Source: an uncultured Actinomycetes bacterium | Lineage (GTDB): Bacteria; Actinomycetota; Acidimicrobiia; Acidimicrobiales; RAAP-2 | Length of the DNA stretch: 51,416 nt | Assembly (NCBI GenBank): GCA_903918025.1 | Contig: CAIXCS010000036.1 | Span: 1-51,416, forward strand | Reading direction: 5' to 3' | Shown: piece after piece, positions 36,154-45,046 of the stretch | How the letters are laid out: each line of letters starts with the position of its first letter | Position numbering within the stretch: position 1 is the first letter of the stretch | Notes under the pieces: model-generated | What the model saw: only the letters and a program-made list of their open reading frames with translations | What the model was told of the DNA's origin: nothing | Database searches by the model: none | Position numbers and translations under genes: made by a program

Positions 36154-37342
36154 AGGTGAGTACCGGCCCGAGCGCGTCGTGCGTCAGTACATGATCGCCG
36201 AGTGCTGACGCGGGAGTACCAAGTGGTGCTTGAGGCCTTGTCGGCGGTCGAGGTGGCGGTGGCGTGATGCCGACCACTCCTCCAATGTTCACCGCCCCTT
36301 CGGAGCTTGCGATCTTCGCTGGGAGTCCACCTGCCGGGGACTGCTCCACGAGGTGCTCAATCGCTCCTGCTCCGACGCCGGCAGGGATCGCACTCGCTCC
36401 TGCCATCGCCGCTCTTCCGATGGTGGTGGCGGACCTCGTCGCTCGCTGGCGCTGACCTTCGAGTCCGGTCGACAAGACCGCTTCAGCCAGCGGGACAATC
36501 CTGAGCACAAGAAAAGGTGAGAAGGCAGCCAGGAGCAACATCGTGATCCCAACCAAGATCCCGGCTACCCCCGACTGGCCCGAAATCGCTGATGCAGCCA
36601 TAGAAAGCACGGCAACAATGACAAATTTCGACAGCACCAACGCAAGGAGAAGCTCAACCAGCCGCTTTGCGGCTCGTCCCATCTGTGGCCACACTTGAGC
36701 GGCCATGGTGAGCGGGAGGAACAACACCACGATTGCTATGGCCGCTGAACGAAGCAGCAGTTCACACCAAAGCGCCACTGAAGCAAGGATGGTAATGAGG
36801 CCGAGCAGCGCGCTGAGAAGCCCTGGTATTCCTCCACCCGTTGCAACCGATGTCACAGACAGGTGCACCATTGCTTTGACGAGTTCGGTAGAGCCATGGC
36901 CACTCAGGGCATCGAAGGACGCGGAAAGTTGATCGACACCGGTAAGCGCCAGCGTCGTTACCCGAATGCCAACGGCGACGACCAGTCCTGCGATGGGGAG
37001 ATGGAGAAACATCGCCCGAAAAAGGAGCATCGGTTCACTTCGAATTGATGCTTCAACTGCTGTGGCCACGAGCGCAATCACGGCGAACGTCCCTGACAGG
37101 AGCACCATCGCTCGATAATGGGTCGTGAACCAAGAAGCCGTGAGGTCGACGGCCGTTGTCGTGTTGAGGAGATGCCCAACCATTGAGAGGACGAATACTG
37201 CCGCCCTCGTGACTGCTTGGAGAAGGCCCCCGAACAGCCCGTTGACCAGATCTCCCGTAGCAGAAGACGCGACGGAACAGATCGGGTCAAGCACAGAGAG
37301 TCCGAGACATCGTGGCTGGAGTGGGGCGGCGAAGAGAATCAA
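36125..37342 (-). CDS. VirB6/TrbL-like polytopic T4SS membrane protein with a Pro-rich C-terminus
   Basis: It has at least 6 TM helices (for example LLSALLGLITILASVALWCELLL; IAIVVLFLPLTMAA; LVELLLALVLSKFVIVAVL) and a C-terminal PPPPRPPTRPQAP. The track ORF begins at 37636 inside the upstream gene. I propose the TTG at 37342, which overlaps the upstream stop (TTGA). The start is uncertain. Confidence 0.5.
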   Translation of the reverse strand: MILFAAPLQPRCLGLSVLDPICSVASSATGDLVNGLFGGLLQAVTRAAVFVLSMVGHLLNTTTAVDLTASWFTTHYRAMVLLSGTFAVIALVATAVEASIRSEPMLLFRAMFLHLPIAGLVVAVGIRVTTLALTGVDQLSASFDALSGHGSTELVKAMVHLSVTSVATGGGIPGLLSALLGLITILASVALWCELLLRSAAIAIVVLFLPLTMAAQVWPQMGRAAKRLVELLLALVLSKFVIVAVLSMAASAISGQSGVAGILVGITMLLLAAFSPFLVLRIVPLAEAVLSTGLEGQRQRATRSATTIGRAAMAGASAIPAGVGAGAIEHLVEQSPAGGLPAKIASSEGAVNIGGVVGITPPPPRPPTRPQAPLGTPASALGDHVLTHDALGPVLTFVERGAERE

Positions 37343-37671
37343 TGGATACCCGATCCAGTCTTGAAGAAGAAGTTCACGAGAATTGGAGCGGCCCCGACGA
37401 GCAACGCTGCACCAAGTGACGCAGCGACGGCGCGACGACCGACATTTGCTTGCTGATAATTCTGCGCATGGGCACCGACAGCCCAGAGCCCGGCGCCGAC
37501 AACGAGGCCAACCATCGCTCCGATGAGCGCCCACCCGGCCAGACCATTTGCCAGGGTCTGAAGAGCTCCACTTCCGGGAATTGCCGTTGGGGTTGGTGAC
37601 AGTTGCACCGAGAAATGGAACTGCGGCACTACCCAATGTTCTGCTCGGACAACTACTGATGGTTTGGTCAT
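37339..37671 (-). CDS. Small two-TM T4SS pilin-like protein (DUF6112-like)
   Basis: It is hidden in the 3' part of track ORF 37339..37983(-). From the ATG at 37671 the sequence is MTKPSVVVRAEHW...LPGSGALQTLANGLAGWALIGAMVGLVVGAGLWAVGAHAQNYQQANVGRRAVAASLGAALLVGAAPILVNFFF. This is a hydrophobic hairpin typical of VirB2-type or actinobacterial DUF6112 proteins. An alternative start is at 37707. Confidence 0.5.
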   Translation of the reverse strand: MTKPSVVVRAEHWVVPQFHFSVQLSPTPTAIPGSGALQTLANGLAGWALIGAMVGLVVGAGLWAVGAHAQNYQQANVGRRAVAASLGAALLVGAAPILVNFFFKTGSGIH

Positions 37672-37787
37672 CAACGCTCCTCGAATGGTGAGGCGCACAA
37701 CCTGCATTTCGCTTTCGCCCTGAACCTCGCAGAGTCTCCTGAGGCAGAACTTCATCTCATCGGGGACGTGCCTGCCATGATGGAGGG

Positions 37788-39095
37788 GTGCACCTCCTCG
37801 TTGCAGCCAAGTTGTTCGGTCTCCCCGAATGGGCACTTCTGTCAATTGTCGGCGTCCTCGTCGTCGGTGTTGGCTGGTTGGGGCTCGCCACTGGCCGAAG
37901 GACTGGTCAGCGCGCAATCGCGAGCCGAATGGCTTCGCTTGGTGCACGGCTCGGATCAGATGGCCCGGGTCCCGACGCCACACTCGAAGAAGGCCTCACC
38001 TATTTGGAGCAGGTGACTGGTGCGGCCGCCGAAGCCGTCACCCAACAGTCAGCTGATGCGCTCCGACTTCGCCGAGCGCTCGACACCCTTCCTGAAGGCG
38101 TCATCATCTGCGACGAGAGCGGCGTCGTCCTCTACCGCAATGGTCGCGCTAATGACCTCATGACGAGCAGAAGCGGCGATGCACTCGCCGCTCAGGCGGT
38201 AACCGACCTCTTGCAAGAGGCGTGGACGGTCGGAAGTGCAGAGAAGACCCTTGATCTCTTCGGTCCACCTCGCTCGACCCTCTCGATTCGTACCCAACTC
38301 ATTGATGACGGCAGGCGACCAGTCGGAGTCGTGGCGCTCATTGAAGACGTCTCGGAGCGACGCCGGCTCGATGAAGTTCGCAGGGACTTCATTGCGAATG
38401 TCTCGCATGAGCTCAAGACGCCAATGGGGGCACTCGGACTCTTGGCCGAGACCTTGATGATCGAGCGCGACAAGGACGTTGCCATTCGCTTGGCCGACCG
38501 AATTCACCGCGAGGCATTCCGAGTGAGTCGAATCATTGACGACCTCCTCGACCTCTCGAGAATTGAGTCTGAAATTTCACCCCCACGAGAGCCAGTCCAA
38601 GTTGGTCTCGTCATGGCGGAAGCAGCAGAACGCATTCGGTCGGCCTCAGAACAACGCGAGATCACGATCAACATGCTCGAACCAGATCCCGCGCTCCTTG
38701 TGCTTGGGGACCGTCGCCAATTGGTCTCGGCCGTTCACGCCTTGCTTGAAAATGCCGTGACCTACTCCTCGGCTGGAGATGAAGTGCTTCTCAAGGCTGA
38801 TCTCGACCCAACACCGATGGAGAGCGAGCAAGGCGGCCTTGAGGTTGAGACCGAACAGATTCAACTTTCCGTCATTGACCATGGTGTCGGCATCCCCTCT
38901 CGGGATCTCGACAGAATCTTCGAGCGCTTCTACCGGGTCGACATGGGTCGCAGCCGCGAGACGGGAGGGACCGGGCTTGGGTTGGCAATCGTTCGCCACG
39001 TTGCCCAGAACCATCAAGGTCGCGTCGACGTCAGTTCACGTGAAGGCGAAGGGTCGACATTCACCTTGGTGCTTCCTCGGTTTAGCCAACCATGA
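37788..39095 (+). CDS. senX3: Sensor histidine kinase, SenX3/PhoR-like (TM, PAS, HisKA, HATPase)
   Basis: It has the H-box FIANVSHELKTPMGAL, an N/G-box (LLENAVTYS...DHGVGI...GGTGLGLAIV) and a PAS-like segment (EGVIICDESGVVLYRN). It has a GTG start. Confidence 0.8.
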   Translation: MHLLVAAKLFGLPEWALLSIVGVLVVGVGWLGLATGRRTGQRAIASRMASLGARLGSDGPGPDATLEEGLTYLEQVTGAAAEAVTQQSADALRLRRALDTLPEGVIICDESGVVLYRNGRANDLMTSRSGDALAAQAVTDLLQEAWTVGSAEKTLDLFGPPRSTLSIRTQLIDDGRRPVGVVALIEDVSERRRLDEVRRDFIANVSHELKTPMGALGLLAETLMIERDKDVAIRLADRIHREAFRVSRIIDDLLDLSRIESEISPPREPVQVGLVMAEAAERIRSASEQREITINMLEPDPALLVLGDRRQLVSAVHALLENAVTYSSAGDEVLLKADLDPTPMESEQGGLEVETEQIQLSVIDHGVGIPSRDLDRIFERFYRVDMGRSRETGGTGLGLAIVRHVAQNHQGRVDVSSREGEGSTFTLVLPRFSQP

Positions 39096-39847
39096 GTGAG
39101 AAGAAGAAGGGGAAGAGCCAAGCAATCCCCCAAGCTCGTATTTCGGTGCTGCTCGTTGAAGACGAAGAGTCCTTCGTTGATGCTCTCCAAATCGGACTCA
39201 CGTCTGAAGGGTTCGACGTCACCATTGCTCGAGATGGAGTTGAAGCACTGCAGGAATTTGACGAGGGCTCCTTTGACTTGATTCTTCTCGACATGATGCT
39301 CCCGAGATTGTCCGGTCTTGACGTCTGTCGAACCATTCGCGGCCAATCAGACGTACCCATCATCATGGTGACGGCAAAGAGTGAGGAAATCGACACTGTG
39401 GTTGCGCTGGAAATTGGCGCGGATGACTACGTCACGAAGCCGTACCGGCTCAGAGAACTCGTCGCTCGAATGCGGGCAGTTCTCCGTCGTCAAGCGGCGG
39501 AGGGGGTTGCTTCCGGGGATGAGGACGGCTTCGAGGTGATTGAACTCGGCGATGTTCGACTCGAACTCGATCGTCGTCGAGCCATTGTTCGAGGCGAAGA
39601 GGTCCATCTCCGCCGCAAAGAATTCGATCTCTTGGCAATCTTGATGGAGAACGCCGGTCGAGTCCTCACGAGGGAAGTCCTCATCGACCGGATCTGGGGG
39701 TCTGACTACATCGGCGACACCAAGACCCTCGATGTTCACGTCAAGAGGGTCCGGACAACCATTGAAGCCGACCCGAAGAGTCCACTCATGCTCACGACTA
39801 TCCGCGGCGTTGGCTATCGCTTCGACGGCAAACCAAAGACTGACTGA
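39092..39847 (+). CDS. regX3: OmpR-family response regulator, RegX3-like
   Basis: It has a receiver domain (VLLVEDEESF...DLILLDMMLP...VTAKS) and a winged helix (LTRKEFDLL...VWG...TKTLDVHVKRVR...I.TIRGVGYRF). An ATGA overlap joins it to the kinase gene. Confidence 0.85.
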   Translation: MSEKKKGKSQAIPQARISVLLVEDEESFVDALQIGLTSEGFDVTIARDGVEALQEFDEGSFDLILLDMMLPRLSGLDVCRTIRGQSDVPIIMVTAKSEEIDTVVALEIGADDYVTKPYRLRELVARMRAVLRRQAAEGVASGDEDGFEVIELGDVRLELDRRRAIVRGEEVHLRRKEFDLLAILMENAGRVLTREVLIDRIWGSDYIGDTKTLDVHVKRVRTTIEADPKSPLMLTTIRGVGYRFDGKPKTD

Positions 39848-39856
39848 AAGCGATTC

Positions 39857-41164
39857 CTACGACGGTGGAGCAATGGTGACATTGCCACCGAGGTAGGGAG
39901 CGAGTACTTCTGGGAGTTCCACCGATCCATCTGCGCAACGACCTTGTTCAATGAGGGCAGCCCAAATTCGAGGCCACGCGAGCGCGGAACCATTGAGCGT
40001 GTGCACAAACTGCGGAGCACCTCCACCCTCGGGGCGAAAGCGAATATTCGCGCGACGTGCTTGATAGTCGCCAAACCAACTCACCGAAGAGACTTCCAAC
40101 CAGCGATCGCACCCCGGAGAGAACACCTCAAGGTCAAGCGTCCGTTTCACCGAGTTCGAAATATCTCCAGTGCAGAGGTCAAGGACTCGATAGGTGAGTC
40201 CGAGAGCTCCGAGAAGAGCTTCGGCCCTGGCCAAGATGTCATCAAACGATGCCTTCGCAAGATCCGGCGTCGTGTAGGCGACGAGTTCAACCTTGTCGAA
40301 CTCATGGACTCGAAGGACGCCTCTCGTGTCTCGACCAGCCGAACCTGCCTCTCGACGGAAGCACGCACTCGAAGCGGTAAATCGAAGGGGCAACTGACGC
40401 TCTTCCAAGATCTCACCTCGATGCATAGAGGTGAGCGGCACTTCAGCGGTTGGGATTGCCCAGAGATCGTCTCGTCCAATGTGATACGCCTCATCGGCAA
40501 ATTTGGGAAGGTGTCCGGTGGCGGTGATGGTTTCGGTCAAGACGAATGTTGGCGGTCGGAGCTCCTCGTAGGCATCCATGTGCGCATCGAGAGCAAACGA
40601 CTCAAGCGCCCGCAAGAGTCGAGAACCCATCCCCCGGAAGAGTGGGAACATCGAACCCGACATTCGAGCACCACGCTCTAGGTCCAAAATGCCTAGTGCC
40701 TCACCGACTTCCCAGTGTGGGACCAGTTGGTGACTCTCGAAGGTTGGGAAGGGGAAACCCTGTTCAAGACCCGGCCACCACCGGCGAACTTCAACATTGT
40801 CTTGTTCTGAGGTTCCAATCGGGCAGTCCTCGGCGGCAAGGTTCGGGATGAGGAGCAGCGCGTTCCGTAGGGCCTCTCCTGCTCGGTCAACCTCCGTATT
40901 GAGCTCACGCTCCGCATCACCGATCGCACGGCTCTGCTCTGCCAAGGCCTGGGCCGTCGCCTCGTCTCCTGATTTCTTTGCTTTTCCGACCTCTCGAGAG
41001 AGAGCTTTCACCTCTTGCCGAAGGGTTTCTTGACGAGCAAGCAGCGATCGGTGCTCCAAATCCATGGCAATAACGGCATCGACTTCTTGTGGGTCCTCGC
41101 CTCGAAGAACGAGGCCACTTCGGACTACATCGGGTTGGTCACGGAACAGCCGGATGTCAAGCAT
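39857..41164 (-). CDS. serS: Seryl-tRNA synthetase
   Basis: It starts MLDIRLFRDQPDVV, has an N-terminal coiled coil, and carries class II motifs (FRREAGSAGRDTRGVLRVHEF; GSALA..R). Confidence 0.9.
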   Translation of the reverse strand: MLDIRLFRDQPDVVRSGLVLRGEDPQEVDAVIAMDLEHRSLLARQETLRQEVKALSREVGKAKKSGDEATAQALAEQSRAIGDAERELNTEVDRAGEALRNALLLIPNLAAEDCPIGTSEQDNVEVRRWWPGLEQGFPFPTFESHQLVPHWEVGEALGILDLERGARMSGSMFPLFRGMGSRLLRALESFALDAHMDAYEELRPPTFVLTETITATGHLPKFADEAYHIGRDDLWAIPTAEVPLTSMHRGEILEERQLPLRFTASSACFRREAGSAGRDTRGVLRVHEFDKVELVAYTTPDLAKASFDDILARAEALLGALGLTYRVLDLCTGDISNSVKRTLDLEVFSPGCDRWLEVSSVSWFGDYQARRANIRFRPEGGGAPQFVHTLNGSALAWPRIWAALIEQGRCADGSVELPEVLAPYLGGNVTIAPPS

Positions 41165-41191
41165 GGTGACTCAACGGTAGCGTCTCAGAAC

Positions 41192-42160
41192 ATGACCACC
41201 AAAGCGACGACGCCACCTGAGGGCGCAGCCATCGTCGCAAGTGACCTCGTGGTGACCTTCGGGGACACAATGGCAGTGAACAAGGTCTCACTCAGTGTGG
41301 AGCCGGGCGAAGTCGTCGCCCTTCTTGGACCGAATGGCGCAGGGAAGACCAGCACCCTGCGGTGTCTCGAGGGTTATCTCTCTCCAACGAGTGGGTTCGT
41401 TCGTGTGCTCGGCCTCGATCCAGTTGCTGAGCACAGGGCGGTCGTCGAAAAGATGGGCTGCATGTTGCAGGGCGGGGGCATCTACCCAAGCATGCGGGTT
41501 CGAGAGACCCTCAACCTCTTTGCGGCGTATTACCCGAACCCTCGAGATCCTGGTGAACTCTCGACCTTGCTCGGGCTGAGTCATCTTGCAAAGACCACTT
41601 GGAGAAGGCTCTCCGGTGGAGAACAGCAGCGCCTCAGCCTCGCTCTTGCGCTCATTGGGCGCCCTTCGGTGCTCTTCCTTGACGAACCAACCGCGGGTGT
41701 CGATCCAGAGGGTCGCCTCGTGATTCGAGACGTCGTTGCGTCGCTCAAAGACGAAGGTGCAGCAATCGTGCTGACGAGTCATGAGTTGAGCGAGGTCGAT
41801 GCTGTGGCCGACCGTCTTGTCTTCTTGGCCCAAGGAGCGGTCCTCGCCTCGGGCACACGAGCAAGTTTGACCGCGTCACTTGAGAGCGGATCGACCTTCG
41901 AATCACGCCCCGGTCTCGATCTTGAGGCGCTCTCACTCGCTCTCGAGAGTCAAGTCTCCGAGTCACGACCTGGTCACTACGCACTCACAGGATCGCTTAG
42001 CGGCGGTGAGATTGAGAAGCTCGTCACCGCACTGGCAACTCAAGGAGGGACCTTGGAAGCCTTCGCAGCGTCGAGCGGCCTCGAAGACCTCTACCACGCG
42101 CTGTATGCCAACCATCCAGCTGAAGAGCGTGTTCCATCCTCAAGGCGACGGCGTCGATGA
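41192..42160 (+). CDS. ABC transporter ATP-binding protein (ABC-2 type exporter)
   Basis: It has Walker A (GPNGAGKTS), the signature LSGGEQQRL and Walker B (VLFLDEPTAGVD). I chose the ATG at 41192 because the track start at 41015 overlaps serS. Confidence 0.85.
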   Translation: MTTKATTPPEGAAIVASDLVVTFGDTMAVNKVSLSVEPGEVVALLGPNGAGKTSTLRCLEGYLSPTSGFVRVLGLDPVAEHRAVVEKMGCMLQGGGIYPSMRVRETLNLFAAYYPNPRDPGELSTLLGLSHLAKTTWRRLSGGEQQRLSLALALIGRPSVLFLDEPTAGVDPEGRLVIRDVVASLKDEGAAIVLTSHELSEVDAVADRLVFLAQGAVLASGTRASLTASLESGSTFESRPGLDLEALSLALESQVSESRPGHYALTGSLSGGEIEKLVTALATQGGTLEAFAASSGLEDLYHALYANHPAEERVPSSRRRRR

Positions 42161-42891
42161 AGGCGCTCCTCGCTCAGATCCGAGTTGAGCTCGCCCTTGC
42201 GCTTCGAAAGGGCGAGACCTTGCTCTTGACCATTGGCATTCCGGTCATGTTCTTGTGCTTCTTCTCGGCTGTTTCAGTCGTGCACTCGCCAACACCCAAA
42301 CGAGTCGACTTCCTCTTTCCGGGAATCTTGGCGTTGTCCGTCATGTCAACGGCAATGGTGTCACTTTCCATTTCGACCGGCTTCGAACGCGGCTACGGCG
42401 TTCTTGTTCGCCTCTACGCGACGCCACTTGGACGGGGAAGATTGCTTGCCGCCAAGGTCGTGACCATCGCAGTAGTTGAACTTCTCCAAGTTGGCGTGCT
42501 TGGCCTCACTGCGGTTCTTTTGGGGTACCACCTCCCTCATGGGACCAGTCCCTCCAATCTGCTTGTGGTGGCAGCACTCGTCATCCTCGCAACGCTTGGT
42601 TTCGCGGGAATCGGGCTCATCACTGCCGGGAGACTCAAGCCTGAAGTCAATCTTGCGGCTGCCAACGGGCTCTACCTTGTCCTTCTGCTCATCTCTGGAA
42701 TGGTGATCCCGCTGTCGAGTCTCGGCTCCTTTGCGAGTGTCTCTCGACTTTTGCCGTCAACAGCTCTCGCCGAAGGGCTCCACTCCGTCATGAGTTTCGG
42801 CACGCCAGTTGGTGCCTCCACCTGGATTGTCCTCATCGTGTGGGGCATTGTTGCGCCCGGTCTTGCTTCGCGCCTTTTTCTCTTTGAGTAG
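42157..42891 (+). CDS. ABC-2 type transporter permease
   Basis: It has six TM helices and an ATGA overlap with the ATPase gene. An equivalent ATPase/permease pair sits next to ctaA/ctaB in other actinobacteria. Confidence 0.8.
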   Translation: MKALLAQIRVELALALRKGETLLLTIGIPVMFLCFFSAVSVVHSPTPKRVDFLFPGILALSVMSTAMVSLSISTGFERGYGVLVRLYATPLGRGRLLAAKVVTIAVVELLQVGVLGLTAVLLGYHLPHGTSPSNLLVVAALVILATLGFAGIGLITAGRLKPEVNLAAANGLYLVLLLISGMVIPLSSLGSFASVSRLLPSTALAEGLHSVMSFGTPVGASTWIVLIVWGIVAPGLASRLFLFE

Positions 42892-42896
42892 AGAAC

Positions 42897-43823
42897 TCAG
42901 TGATGTGGAGCGACGAGAACGTCAACCATCATTGAGCCGAAGAGCAGCGAGAGGTAGGTAATGGAAAAAGAGAACAACCGCATGGCCTCTTTCTCTGCCG
43001 CCTTTCCCTCTCGAGCCAACTGCACCAACTTGACCGAACCGAAGATGAATAACGCACCGAGAACGAGTGCGGTGATCGCGTAGATCAGTCCGAGATGTGC
43101 CACGCCACCGAGCAGCGCGGTTGAGGCAACGAGCGCAATCGTATAGATGAGAATTTCGACCGCAGTCCGCTCCATCGAAGCAACAACCGGGAGCATGGGG
43201 ATATCTGCGGCTGCATAGTCATCGCGATACCGGACTGCCAATGCCCAGAAGTGCGGTGGAGTCCAAATGAAGATCACGAGGAACATGATCACCGGTGCCC
43301 AAGAAAGCGAATTCGTCACTGCCGCCCAGCCAACGAGCACGGGCACGGCACCAGCGGCACCGCCAATGACAATGTTCTGCTTGCTCCGCCGTTTCAACCA
43401 CATCGTGTAGATGAAGACGTAGAACGCAGTGGCTGACACGGCGAGAACTGCCGAAAGGAAGTTGACCGTCAACCAAAGTTGAACGAAGGCCAAGGTTTCA
43501 AGCGTCAGGGCGAACACCAGTGCTGCGGTTGGCGTCATCGCTCCGGTGACGAGCGGGCGATTCTTTGTCCGCTCCATCAAGCGGTCAATGTCTCGATCAA
43601 CCACCATGTTGATGGCATTGGCGCCACCTGCGGCGAGTGTCCCACCGAGAAGCGTCCAAAGCACCAAGGTGAATGAAGGAACTCCCTCTTTGGCGACGAA
43701 CATCGTCGGAACGGTCGTAATGAGCAGCAGTTCAATGATCCGAGGCTTCGTCAGGGCGATATACGCCTTCACTCGCTCAAACGGCGTTAGGACCGAAGGC
43801 TTGAGGTCGGTGTGCAGATCCAC
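42897..43823 (-). CDS. ctaB: Protoheme IX farnesyltransferase (heme O synthase)
   Basis: It has the UbiA-type motif GGANAINMVVDRDIDRLMERTKNRPL, followed by WTPPHFWALA. Confidence 0.9.
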   Translation of the reverse strand: MDLHTDLKPSVLTPFERVKAYIALTKPRIIELLLITTVPTMFVAKEGVPSFTLVLWTLLGGTLAAGGANAINMVVDRDIDRLMERTKNRPLVTGAMTPTAALVFALTLETLAFVQLWLTVNFLSAVLAVSATAFYVFIYTMWLKRRSKQNIVIGGAAGAVPVLVGWAAVTNSLSWAPVIMFLVIFIWTPPHFWALAVRYRDDYAAADIPMLPVVASMERTAVEILIYTIALVASTALLGGVAHLGLIYAITALVLGALFIFGSVKLVQLAREGKAAEKEAMRLFSFSITYLSLLFGSMMVDVLVAPHH

Positions 43824-43928
43824 GTGGCGCAGCCTAGGTGTACGCAGCCATCTTGTTGGTTCTCTTCTGCCGAACGGAGGCCAGCCTCCGGATGAACTCT
43901 GGGTGCACTTGTTGAACGACGGTGAGCG

Positions 43929-44960
43929 TTACCCGGTATATCGAGCACTGAATTCGGGTGAGCAATCACCATCAAGGAACGAGACACAGTCCTCGGCCAC
44001 TCGGCGAATGAGGTCGCTCTGCGCAGCATCTTCGACCCAGCGTGTCGGCACGGCATCGATGCCGGCCATGGCACCAAAGAGGTTCCCGCAGATCGATCCC
44101 GTCGAATCGGTGTCGCCATCGTGGTTGATGGCTGCAAGCAATGCGGTCTCCATGTCTGGACCGGCGACGGCGCAGGCAACCGCCACGGCGAGCGCCTCAT
44201 CACCTACCCAACCCTGTCCGAGTTCATCGCACAGCGACATGGGTTCAATCGCTCCAGAGCCCCCGAATTCAACAGCGAAGTCGAGTAGTTCTTGGAGGTC
44301 ACCGGGGATGAGTCCCACGAGTTCCAACACTGCCTCTTCAATCGTCGCACCATTGAGAAGATCGCCCACCATCACCGCAAAGGCCCCGGCGGGGTGAATA
44401 CCGCCGTCGTGTCCATGCGTCACGGCGGCCGACAAGCAACCCACCTCGTAGCGGTCAGCCCGGCTGAAGGAATCACCAAGGAGAAGACCCACGGGAGCAG
44501 CCCTCATCACGCCTCCACAGCCCATTGAGTCATTGAAACGGTGTTCGAGCGTCCCGACCTCGCCACTCTGAAGAGCACGGAGGCAGGTATGGCCAGGCGC
44601 CTCGCGCCGATACAAGGTGGATTCGTGGACAAGCCAACTGCCACTGTTCTTCTCTGTGTCGTACCGGATCTCCTGGGTTCGCAACCACTCGAGGTAGGCC
44701 GTATGGAATGAACCGGTCCACCTCTCGCTGCTTGGACGATCATCGGCGAGGAGAGCCCTCACGACGCCAACCACGGTGAACAGCGTCATCTGGGTGTCGT
44801 CAGTGAACCGACCAGGCGGGTGAATTTCGGTGAGGCCGGCCGGGCCGAAATGCTCATAGATCGATTCCAGCGACTTGAACTCTGTTGCCGCGCCGAGACT
44901 GTCGCCAATTGCTCCAGCCATGAGGCTTCCGAGAATCTTGTCCTTCTTCGCCAGTTCCAC
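43929..44960 (-). CDS. ADP-ribosylglycohydrolase family protein
   Basis: It contains GAIGDSLGAATEF, TDDTQMT and GDTDSTGSICGNLFGA, which are ARH/DraG-type metal-binding motifs. Confidence 0.8.
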   Translation of the reverse strand: MELAKKDKILGSLMAGAIGDSLGAATEFKSLESIYEHFGPAGLTEIHPPGRFTDDTQMTLFTVVGVVRALLADDRPSSERWTGSFHTAYLEWLRTQEIRYDTEKNSGSWLVHESTLYRREAPGHTCLRALQSGEVGTLEHRFNDSMGCGGVMRAAPVGLLLGDSFSRADRYEVGCLSAAVTHGHDGGIHPAGAFAVMVGDLLNGATIEEAVLELVGLIPGDLQELLDFAVEFGGSGAIEPMSLCDELGQGWVGDEALAVAVACAVAGPDMETALLAAINHDGDTDSTGSICGNLFGAMAGIDAVPTRWVEDAAQSDLIRRVAEDCVSFLDGDCSPEFSARYTG

Positions 44961-45046
44961 CAGATGATGCTAACGAGCGGGTGTCACAACGCTCAGTGAA
45001 CAGATCGAGCAACAGTGACACTGACATTGCTCGGTAGGCTGCTGGC

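Noticed and set aside
32391-37671. The T4SS-like cluster considered as part of a complete integrative conjugative element or prophage
   Set aside because: No integrase, relaxase, replication or partition gene, or flanking direct repeat is visible. The nearest tRNA (Arg, 29.6 kb) is separated from it by three ordinary metabolic genes. It is therefore reported as a stand-alone operon.
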